A stretch of 33,260 nt of DNA, from positions 1-33,260 of IMG/VR virus record IMGVR_UViG_3300010222_000172; one strand, written 5' to 3'. A program made the position numbers and the translations under genes. Origin of the DNA: a virus (Duplodnaviria > Caudoviricetes). Under the pieces are notes generated by a model that searched no databases, was not told the origin of the DNA, and saw nothing but the letters and a program-made list of their open reading frames with translations. Below are positions 24,413 through 31,868 of the stretch, in pieces (the first letter of the stretch is position 1; each line of letters begins with the position of its first letter).

Positions 24413-27160
24413 TCAGTTGGCGGCATCCGGGGGGTCATGCCCCCGGCCGCTGGCTCGAGAGGGCGCCCCGAACATCTCCCGAGCCCAACCGACCCAGTCC
24501 AGCGGCCGTGACGAGCGTTCCAGTAGCCGGCGGAATCGCCGGACTGCGGCCACTTTGAAACCACCGTCATCGGAGAGTATCGATAACGCCGATTGCAAAG
24601 TGTCGAAATCGACGGCGTAGGATACCCCAGCCCGCGGTTCGTACTCTTCGGGCATCAGGAGACCGTGGTCCTCGAGGGCGGTAACCCAGTCGTAGACAGT
24701 CCGTTGGGAGACATCGAGCCCCGATAGCCGGGCGAGCTGGTGGTAGCCCTGGATTTTGTTCGCGACGGCCCCGTCGTCGCGGACGTCGACGAGCTGCTCG
24801 GCGCGGAAGCCCTCCGGTCCGTCGCCGGTCACTGTGGCCTCGACGGCCTCGAGGAGATCGAACGCGCCGCGGGGAACATCAAGCAGCGATTCGAGCGGAT
24901 CGGCAAGCTCTTCGAACGTGCAGACGTCGTCGACCGGGATCTCCGTCGGGACGTTCGTCAGCAAATAGACGTCGACCTGGTCGTCGACGTCGGCCAGCAG
25001 CGGCCGTGGCCGGTGGACGGTCTGCTCGAGCTCATCGGTCCGGGTCTCTTGGAAGAGGTCGCCGACCAAGCCGTCGTAGTGCTTCGTCGGGACGGCCCGC
25101 CCAAGCCCGTGGTCGTCCTCGTGCCGGAGCTTCCGGTAAATAGGTGGGTTCGGACTCTCACGACGGCTGGAGTGCTCGACGCCGCCAACACGGACATCGT
25201 TGCGACCGAGGGCCAGCAGTTCGGCCTCGCGACGGAGATCATCGACGTCGGGATGCGGAGCACCGATGCACATGACGGCGTCGCACTCGTCGCGGTTCAG
25301 CCCCCGTGTCGCGTGGTAGTGCAGCTCCTCGCCGTGCTTTGGGAACTCAAAGTATTCTTTGAGTTCCTTCTTCAGGACGAACAGCGGTCGGTCGTGAATC
25401 CGGGCGGCGGTGTCGATAGCGTTTTGGATGCGCTCGCGAGCGCCGTCGCCGTCCTTGATGGTCGAGGCGTGGTACTGACCGTCGAGAATCTGGGTGACGT
25501 GCATCGACGCTTCAAGATGCTCGCCGCCGGCGACGGTGAGGTCGTCGCGCGTGGCGCCGTAGAGGTGGGCGACCTTCGAGGGGGTCGCCGTGGCGTCCAG
25601 GACGAGCGGGTCGTCGGGGAGGTCGCCGACATTAGGCAGCGCCTCATATCTGAGGGTTGCGCCGCCGGCCTGATCGCGGTGGATTCGCGCGCGGGCCCGA
25701 GCGGGTTCGCTGTCGCTGGTCAGCAGCGTGTCGTGGTCTTCGTGCCAGCCACAGCCGGGGCAGCCGCGAGCACCGTTGCGGAACTCGAGGTCGCTCCCGC
25801 AGCGAGGGCAGCCCTCCAGGAGCGCGGGCAGTGCGATTGCCTGCCGGACAGCGTCGGGGGCGCCGGCGGCGACGGCGGCCGCGAGCAGTTCGTCCATCGC
25901 GAACGGTGTTCCGGACCAGTCGTCTCGCTTGATACGGTTGACGAGGTGGCGGTTGATGCCGAGTTTCAGCTGGGCGAGGGCCTCGGCGTGCTGCCAAGGC
26001 TCGCTGGGCGGCTCGGTTGCGACGTGGTCGCCGGCAGCGCTGTCGAAGGACTCGTAGGCGCTCCAGGTCGGGGTTGGCGGCTCCAGGTCGGCGAGCGTTC
26101 GGGTCGTTGTGGTCAGGATATCGCCCACTTGACGAGCGAACGTTGCGACGGCCCGGGCGGTATGGCCGACGGCCCCGTCACGAGGCTGGACGTCGGCGAA
26201 GTCCTCGAGCGCGTTCGCGAGCCGGACGCAGCCGTCGACGGTGAGGTGGCGCTCGGTCCGGAGCGATGAGGGCGCCTCGTCGACGAGGACGTCCCGCCCG
26301 CCGGTGACGGTTTTGAGTGTCTGGTACTCGTGGACGCCGACGACCTGATCTTCGCTTTCAAGATCACCGAACTGCTCCGACCACGGACAGGAGCCATCTT
26401 CGTCGTGACCAGGGAGCTCGTCGGCGAGGAGGACGTGCGCTCGGATGTCGCCGAGTTCGCGAGCGACGGCCTCGTAGCGCTGCCGAAGGTCGCTATTGGC
26501 CTCAAGGTCGTAGATGGGACACATCGACGGGCAGTTCGACGAAGCGCCGTGTTCGCGACAGGCCTCACCGGCGTGGTCGGCGTCCATACAGTAGGGGTGG
26601 CGCTTCTGCTCGCCACCCTTGAGGTGGTAGGGGTCCCAGTCCGCGCCGAAGGTGGCGTCGAGGTCGGCATTGATCAGGGCATCGTCGGTGACGACCTCGC
26701 GGGCCTTCTGGTGCTTGTCGAACAGCATAGTGACCGGCCGGTCGCGCTCAAGGGCCGCCAGCGCGGCGTTGGTTGTCTTCCCGGCGCCGGCCTGGTGCTG
26801 CCAGATGGCCGGCGCGTCGGCGTCGACGACGGCATCGTACTGCGGGCCCTGGAGCCGCTCCCACTGGTCCTGACGGTCGAAGGGCTCGGCATCCATCCCT
26901 GGCGGTTCGCACTCGTGGATGGCGTGAACCTGCCCTGGCCGCGTCGTGATGGTGTCGTAGTCGTGGGTGTTCAGCCCCCCGTCGCGACGTTCCTGTGCGA
27001 CATCGAGTATCGCGAGGACTTCGGCCCGAACGAGATCGTCGTCGGGGAGTTCCGGCACTGCGTCCACGATGTCGTCGACATCGACATCGTCGATGGAGTC
27101 TTGATCGTCGAGCCACTCGTCGACCGCTGCCTGAATCGGAGCGGTGAGGTCGCCGCTCAT
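24413..27160 (-). CDS. Superfamily-2-like helicase/replication protein with Cys clusters and a C-terminal HTH (915 aa)
   Basis: AGAGKTT, VLVDEAP, LDATAT, RGLN and EQTVHRPR motifs; Cys cluster after motif I; CPRC/CPGC ribbon. Confidence 0.8.
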   Translation of the reverse strand: MSGDLTAPIQAAVDEWLDDQDSIDDVDVDDIVDAVPELPDDDLVRAEVLAILDVAQERRDGGLNTHDYDTITTRPGQVHAIHECEPPGMDAEPFDRQDQWERLQGPQYDAVVDADAPAIWQHQAGAGKTTNAALAALERDRPVTMLFDKHQKAREVVTDDALINADLDATFGADWDPYHLKGGEQKRHPYCMDADHAGEACREHGASSNCPSMCPIYDLEANSDLRQRYEAVARELGDIRAHVLLADELPGHDEDGSCPWSEQFGDLESEDQVVGVHEYQTLKTVTGGRDVLVDEAPSSLRTERHLTVDGCVRLANALEDFADVQPRDGAVGHTARAVATFARQVGDILTTTTRTLADLEPPTPTWSAYESFDSAAGDHVATEPPSEPWQHAEALAQLKLGINRHLVNRIKRDDWSGTPFAMDELLAAAVAAGAPDAVRQAIALPALLEGCPRCGSDLEFRNGARGCPGCGWHEDHDTLLTSDSEPARARARIHRDQAGGATLRYEALPNVGDLPDDPLVLDATATPSKVAHLYGATRDDLTVAGGEHLEASMHVTQILDGQYHASTIKDGDGARERIQNAIDTAARIHDRPLFVLKKELKEYFEFPKHGEELHYHATRGLNRDECDAVMCIGAPHPDVDDLRREAELLALGRNDVRVGGVEHSSRRESPNPPIYRKLRHEDDHGLGRAVPTKHYDGLVGDLFQETRTDELEQTVHRPRPLLADVDDQVDVYLLTNVPTEIPVDDVCTFEELADPLESLLDVPRGAFDLLEAVEATVTGDGPEGFRAEQLVDVRDDGAVANKIQGYHQLARLSGLDVSQRTVYDWVTALEDHGLLMPEEYEPRAGVSYAVDFDTLQSALSILSDDGGFKVAAVRRFRRLLERSSRPLDWVGWAREMFGAPSRASGRGHDPPDAAN

Positions 27161-27393
27161 TGTGGCCCCCCCTGCCCCCCATAGATGGCGTCGATCATCC
27201 GGCCAACGAATCGATTCACCGCCTCCGACTCCTCGTGGGCCGCGAAGTGCTCCTGGACGTCGTTGACGGTGACGTCGGCCCCCGCGCGCTGGATGTAGTC
27301 TCGCATCACGGATCGGCTTCGGTCCGACAGCGGGCCGGTCTCGCCGAGCGAGAGGCCGTCGCGGAGGCGAGTGTCGAGGTCGCTCACGACCAT
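27157..27393 (-). CDS. Hypothetical protein
   Basis: 78 aa, overlaps both neighbours. Confidence 0.7.
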   Translation of the reverse strand: MVVSDLDTRLRDGLSLGETGPLSDRSRSVMRDYIQRAGADVTVNDVQEHFAAHEESEAVNRFVGRMIDAIYGGQGGPQ

Positions 27394-27701
27394 GTACCTC
27401 CATCGGAGTGAGGGTCTCCTGGGTACCCCAGCGTCGTGTAGTGCGGATCAGGTCCGTAGACGACCTCCCGCTCGTCGCCGAGAATCAGCACCCGTCGGCA
27501 GCTGTTACAGACGACGACCGTGTCGCCGTCGGCCTCCTTGAGCACGTCCCCGAGGTCGTCGGCGTGGACGCCCTCGGGGACCCGGTCTTCGCGGGCCCAA
27601 AGGCCCTTATTGTTGGCCGTGACCTCCGAGGCCATACAGGTCTCTCCAGGCCGCCCCTCGATGTGCGGACACTCCACTCGCCACTGCTTGGCGCCCGTCA
27701 T
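27384..27701 (-). CDS. Zn-ribbon-like hypothetical protein
   Basis: VECPH...C and VCNSC; TGATG coupling. Confidence 0.65.
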   Translation of the reverse strand: MTGAKQWRVECPHIEGRPGETCMASEVTANNKGLWAREDRVPEGVHADDLGDVLKEADGDTVVVCNSCRRVLILGDEREVVYGPDPHYTTLGYPGDPHSDGGTWS

Positions 27702-27922
27702 CAGGCTCCCTCCTTCCAGTCGTCCCAGGTGGTCTGCCCGGTCGCGTCCGGTCGCCGCTCGCGACCGTTAGGAACAGGGACGTCTTCGACGCGAGTCTCG
27801 CCGTCGGCGTCAAGGCGGTCGTCAACGACGTCGACGGTCTCGCCGTCCTGCCAGAACGGCGCCTCGGAGATGTGCTGACCGCGACCGTCGAGTGCCGGCC
27901 CGTCGTAGGACCGCCGACTCAT
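27701..27922 (-). CDS. Hypothetical protein
   Basis: 73 aa, acidic, ends QTTWDDWKEGA. Confidence 0.65.
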   Translation of the reverse strand: MSRRSYDGPALDGRGQHISEAPFWQDGETVDVVDDRLDADGETRVEDVPVPNGRERRPDATGQTTWDDWKEGA

Positions 27923-27997
27923 GCGCAGGCCCCCCGCTGCGTGGTGACAACGCTATCGGGCTGATTTATATGCGCAGGATTTAACCGTTCTACAGTA

Positions 27998-28016
27998 AGC
28001 CTAGGCCGGGATTTGA
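27998..28016 (-). repeat. att site: duplicated tRNA 3' end (probably tRNA-Thr GGT)
   Basis: Minus strand TCAAATCCCGGCCTAGGCT is a T-loop, T-stem and acceptor 3' strand, 55 nt from the integrase ATG. Thr assignment is from recall of haloarchaeal tRNA-Thr. Confidence 0.75.
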
Positions 28017-28071
28017 CCCCAAGGTTCAATATCCCAGTAATATACTTCATAGGCGGAATGGGTTGTATTGC

Positions 28072-29322
28072 ATGACCGAACCCCGAACGCAGATCACCAA
28101 CTTGCGCGACCGAATCCGCGAATCGGACGAAATCACCGAACAGGACGCCGACGTGCTGATAGAATTCAGCGACCAGTTGGACTTGCTGAAGTCCGAATAT
28201 TCCGACCTTCGGCACCGCGACCTTTTGGGTCATTGTACCCGAATCGCCGAAAACGTCGGTGGGCTTGCCGACGCCCTTGAAGACCGCGACGCCGCCGAAG
28301 AAATCGTTCGGTGGGTAAACCGAACGCACGAAAACGAATGGACGAACGCCGACTATCGGGCCGCCCTTCGGGTCTTCGGGGGACGTGTCACCGACGGCGA
28401 CGTCGAAGATAAGCCCGACAGTATTGCTTGGGTGCCGTCGGGGACAAGCAATAGTCACGACCCCCGCCCAAACCCGGCTAATATGCTTACATGGGACGAC
28501 GACGTGAAACCCATGATAGACGATACCCGGAACGCCCGTGACGCCGCCCTGATAGCCGTCGCGTTCGATTCGGGTGCCCGAAGTGGGGAACTTGAAGACC
28601 TTCGCGTCGGCGACGTCGCCGACCACGACCACGGGTTGCAAATCTTCGTCGACGGGAAGAAGGGCCAGCGGTCGGTGACGCTTATCCCAGCGGTCCCGTT
28701 CCTGAATCGGTGGCTTTCCGACCACCCGGATAGTGACGACCCCGACGCGCCCTTGTGGTCGAAACTGTCGAAGCCCGAAGAAATCAGTTACCGCCAATTC
28801 AATAACGCATTCAAAGACGCCGCGAAGCGGGCCGGTGTCGACAAGCCCGTCACGCCGACCAACTTCCGAAAATCGAATGCGTCGTGGTTGGCCCGGAAGG
28901 GTATGCCCCAAGCGTTTATCGAAGACCGGCAGGGACGGAAACGGGGAAGCGACGTCACCGCCCACTACGTCGCTAAGTTCGGCGGCGAAGCCGACACGAC
29001 ATACGCGAAATTGCACGGGAAAGACGTCGAAGAAGACGACCCCGAACCGATAGGGCCGGTCGAATGTCCCCGGTGTGGGAAGGAAACCCCCCGCGACGAA
29101 GACGCTTGCGTGTGGTGTCGCCAGCCGCTTGAATACGACACCGTCGAAGCGCGGAAGCAAGAAGACCGGGAAGTCCGTTCCGCCGTCTTGCGAATGGCGA
29201 AGGATAACCCCGACCTTTTGGATAACATCGAACAAGCCCGGGAATTCATGGACTTGTTCGAAGACGACCCCGAAATGTTCGCCGACGCACGGGAATTCGC
29301 CGACGCCCTGTCGGACGGCTAA
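28072..29322 (+). CDS. int: Tyrosine integrase, SNJ2-like family, with a C-terminal Zn ribbon
   Basis: SGARSGEL, DGKKG, TPTNFRKS and RGSDVTAHY motifs; CPRCG...CVWC. ATG 28072 preferred to TTG 28063. Confidence 0.92.
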   Translation: MTEPRTQITNLRDRIRESDEITEQDADVLIEFSDQLDLLKSEYSDLRHRDLLGHCTRIAENVGGLADALEDRDAAEEIVRWVNRTHENEWTNADYRAALRVFGGRVTDGDVEDKPDSIAWVPSGTSNSHDPRPNPANMLTWDDDVKPMIDDTRNARDAALIAVAFDSGARSGELEDLRVGDVADHDHGLQIFVDGKKGQRSVTLIPAVPFLNRWLSDHPDSDDPDAPLWSKLSKPEEISYRQFNNAFKDAAKRAGVDKPVTPTNFRKSNASWLARKGMPQAFIEDRQGRKRGSDVTAHYVAKFGGEADTTYAKLHGKDVEEDDPEPIGPVECPRCGKETPRDEDACVWCRQPLEYDTVEARKQEDREVRSAVLRMAKDNPDLLDNIEQAREFMDLFEDDPEMFADAREFADALSDG

Positions 29323-29324
29323 GG

Positions 29325-29552
29325 TCATTCCCCGTCAGCGTTCCGAAGGTCGTCTAAAATCCCCTGTATTTCTTCAATATCCCGGGGCGTCCCGGCTTCG
29401 GCGATTAGGGCTAAGGCGTAGGCTTGTGCCTCCGTTTCCCCACGGGCCAGCACCCGGGACAGCAAGTCCCGATTTTCCCGTACGTATTCGCGGGGCTTCG
29501 GGTTCGATTCATTGTCACGGTTCGTTCCTGTCGATTGGTGACTGTCGTGCAT
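29325..29552 (-). CDS. Small helical protein convergent with the integrase (possible recombination accessory factor)
   Basis: YVRENRDLLSRVLARG...AYALALI; its stop abuts the integrase stop. Confidence 0.7.
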   Translation of the reverse strand: MHDSHQSTGTNRDNESNPKPREYVRENRDLLSRVLARGETEAQAYALALIAEAGTPRDIEEIQGILDDLRNADGE

Positions 29553-29757
29553 TCGTTCGGACGTGCCAGCGTATCGTGCCGACGATCGCCCGACCGGGAA
29601 GCACCGTTAGGATTTTGCCGCAAGCCGGTGTATTCCAACTTGCACGTTCGGCGACGACCCGCGTGCCGACCGGTGCCCCGTTCGGGGTTCCCGTCGATTC
29701 AGGGACGTGTTGGTGCCACGTCCCGACCCATTCCACTTTCGTCGTTGCTTCGATAGG

Positions 29758-29889
29758 TTAGCCTTCGGGCGGATAGTCGCCTTTTAGCAACTTGCGTACG
29801 ACAGTGTCGTATGATTCACCGCCCCGTTTCAGGGACTTCACCCTGTCCCGGGTTTCGGCAGTTAATGGGATTGTAGTTCGTTCGCCCAT
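29758..29889 (-). CDS. 43-aa RHH/antitoxin-like DNA-binding protein
   Basis: MGERTTIPLTAETRDRVKSLKRGGESYDTVVRKLL; TTTTAA box about 26 nt upstream. Confidence 0.8.
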   Translation of the reverse strand: MGERTTIPLTAETRDRVKSLKRGGESYDTVVRKLLKGDYPPEG

Positions 29890-29999
29890 ATTCGGTGTAT
29901 TCTGATTATTCGGATTAAAATTGTCGGTTAAATGACTGTTATTCGAAACGGATTTGTCGGTGTTACACCGTGTCCCCGTCGATCGAAGACGTGCCAGCG

Positions 30000-30185
30000 T
30001 CACCTGTCGGCGAAGCCGTCTTCGGGAAGGTGAACTTCGCACCGATCGACGCCCGGTAGCGACGGGCGACGGCACGGCGTTCCGTCGACGGTGTCGGCCC
30101 CACACGGCTGGCGGTCGTCGTCGTACCCGGCTAACCCCGGGTCGTCAGGGTCGTCGGGCGACCCTTCGGCGTGAACCCCGGTCAT
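30000..30185 (-). CDS. CCCH Zn-finger microprotein (TerS-N-terminal/HGG-like)
   Basis: CGADTVDGTPCRRPSLPGVDRCEVH. Confidence 0.7.
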   Translation of the reverse strand: MTGVHAEGSPDDPDDPGLAGYDDDRQPCGADTVDGTPCRRPSLPGVDRCEVHLPEDGFADR

Positions 30186-30475
30186 TTGTCCGTCACCACG
30201 TCACTGTCGCCGTCGTCGCGGGCGTCAACCCATTCCCCGGCGTCCCGGTCGTACCGGGTGTGAACGGTCACTTTGCCACCGTCACGCCCGTCGGCGGCGT
30301 CGTCGGTGTCGTCGGGGGCGGCGTTTCCGGTGCGGTCGTCGTCGGGAAGGTCGACGGCGACCGTCGTGATTTTTATTTCCGTTACGTCGGGGACATCGGC
30401 ACGGGCGGCGTCCCGAAGGTCGTCTAATTCGCTTCGTACGTTCCGCCGCGTCGGTCGTTTCTTATCGTCGGTCAT
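30182..30475 (-). CDS. Hypothetical protein
   Basis: 97 aa, ATGA-coupled on both sides. Confidence 0.7.
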   Translation of the reverse strand: MTDDKKRPTRRNVRSELDDLRDAARADVPDVTEIKITTVAVDLPDDDRTGNAAPDDTDDAADGRDGGKVTVHTRYDRDAGEWVDARDDGDSDVVTDK

Positions 30476-30768
30476 AGGTCGTCCCCGTCGTCGATTTGGT
30501 CGCGTAGGTCGTCGATTTCTTGGCGCATTTGTTCAAGATCCTCGTCGCGGTGTAACTGCCGGTATTGGCCCGCAAGGTAGCCTAACGTCCGAAGCCACCC
30601 TTGGCGCACCTTTTCATTTTCAGGGTCGTATACCCGCCCCGATTCGACCTTCCGGTGGGCTTCCCGAAGCCCGTCTTCGACTAACGCCAGCACTTCGTCG
30701 CGGTCGGCGACGTTAGGGAACGGGTCGGGCGTGTCCGGGGCGTCCGGGCCGTCGGCGTCGGTCGTCAC
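30472..30768 (-). CDS. Helical/coiled-coil protein
   Basis: EAHRKVESGRVYDPENEKVRQGWLRTLGY...DLEQMRQEIDDL; GTG start. Confidence 0.75.
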   Translation of the reverse strand: MTTDADGPDAPDTPDPFPNVADRDEVLALVEDGLREAHRKVESGRVYDPENEKVRQGWLRTLGYLAGQYRQLHRDEDLEQMRQEIDDLRDQIDDGDDL

Positions 30769-31075
30769 AGGGACGCACCCCCCGGGGGGACGGCCCGGAA
30801 GTCGGTCGTTAGACGGCTGTACCCCGGGTTCGTGCCGGGATACCTGCCGCTTGTCGACGGTGTAACTACGGATAAGTTGGAAGAACCCGCGTGCCGGGCG
30901 ACCTTACCGGCACCCGGGCGATCGGCCCCGCGACCCGAACGGGTGCGGATACCGACGACGGTGTCGAACGAACACGACGACCGAATCGTGCGAACACAGC
31001 GACGGTGCCAATGGGAAGCCCGTCGCGTATCAGGATAGGGAACCCGCATAATTGGCTGTTGGGGTGCGTCCCCGG

Positions 31076-31537
31076 TTAGTCGGCACGCGGGTTCATTCGG
31101 TCGTTTATCCGGGTTCCGCCGTCTTCCATAGACGCGGCAAGGTCGCCGACGACGTCGCCCGTCCGAACGATAACGCGGGCGACCGCCCGGGCCGTGTCTT
31201 CGTCGTCAAGTTCTAACAAGTCTTGGGCGATTTGGTCGACGTCGTTATTCGACGGAAGCGCCGAGCCGTCGTCTTCGTCGTCGTCGGGTTCCAATAAGTC
31301 CATAACACCGTCTTCGTCTTGCTTCGACACGTCGTCGAAGGCGGCGTCGTCGAACATTTCGTCAAGCGTAACGTCGTCGTCACCCCTTGACCCGGACCCT
31401 GACTTCCCGTTGCCGGGGGACATACGCGTGTTTGCTTCCGCCGAATGAAGCGCGGCGTCGGGGTTCACCGTGTCACCTTCGAAGCGGTCGTTATCCTTAC
31501 TTTTCTGTCGCATTTCGCGGTCGTCTTCGTTCGACAT
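31076..31537 (-). CDS. Acidic hypothetical protein
   Basis: 153 aa with an AT-rich, promoter-like region upstream. Confidence 0.7.
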   Translation of the reverse strand: MSNEDDREMRQKSKDNDRFEGDTVNPDAALHSAEANTRMSPGNGKSGSGSRGDDDVTLDEMFDDAAFDDVSKQDEDGVMDLLEPDDDEDDGSALPSNNDVDQIAQDLLELDDEDTARAVARVIVRTGDVVGDLAASMEDGGTRINDRMNPRAD

Positions 31538-31659
31538 GGTACAGTCTTAATCATGATTCCTACCCCCATAAGTGTCAGGTACCCGTGGTATTAATGTGTC
31601 GGCGTTGCACCGCCTTAGTCGCCGGAAAACCGAAGTCGATTCGGTCGAATCCTACGGAT

Positions 31660-31815
31660 ATGACAGAAAAGGTAATATCTGTTTATGACCCCGACGACGC
31701 GGAAACGATCGTGAATGGGATAGAAGCGACCGACGCCGATACGCACGGGAAAGCCGTCGCGGAACTTGCCCGGGCCTATACCGGCTGGCACGCTTCCGAT
31801 AGTGACGGTGATTAA
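31660..31815 (+). CDS. 51-aa hypothetical protein
   Basis: MTEKVISVYDPDDAETIVNGIEATDADTHGKAVAELARAYTGW...; divergent from 31076-31537. Confidence 0.6.
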   Translation: MTEKVISVYDPDDAETIVNGIEATDADTHGKAVAELARAYTGWHASDSDGD

Positions 31816-31852
31816 CCAACAGCCAGCGACGACAGGGGCCGGCGTTGGTTAA
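31812..31852. terminator. Inverted repeat between convergent genes
   Basis: TTAACCAAC (31812-31820) and GTTGGTTAA (31844-31852). Confidence 0.4.
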
Positions 31853-31868
31853 GACGACAGTGCCGCCG

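Larger units (their letters stand above)
1..27997. mobile_element. Haloarchaeal tailed-virus (siphovirus-like) provirus; left end outside window; possibly defective
   Basis: Contiguous packaging, head and tail genes in canonical order, with a helicase upstream. No sheath gene recognised. Proteome is acidic. Right end set at the tRNA-like att site. Confidence 0.92.

Noticed and set aside
24740-27184. Long + strand ORFs (509 and 284 aa) opposite the helicase, and similar ones opposite portal, protease, capsid and tape measure genes
   Set aside because: Antisense shadows typical of high-GC DNA; the minus-strand frames carry the motifs.
27990-28070. Complete tRNA gene
   Set aside because: Only the 3' 19 nt are tRNA-like; no D or anticodon arm.
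27919-29328. 469-aa ORF antisense to the integrase
   Set aside because: Shadow frame of a GC-rich gene; no motifs; crosses the att boundary.
30770-31072. SRP (7S) RNA, suggested by size, terminal helix and GGCCCGGAAG
   Set aside because: The motif is at the wrong position and lacks the helix-8 internal loop context.
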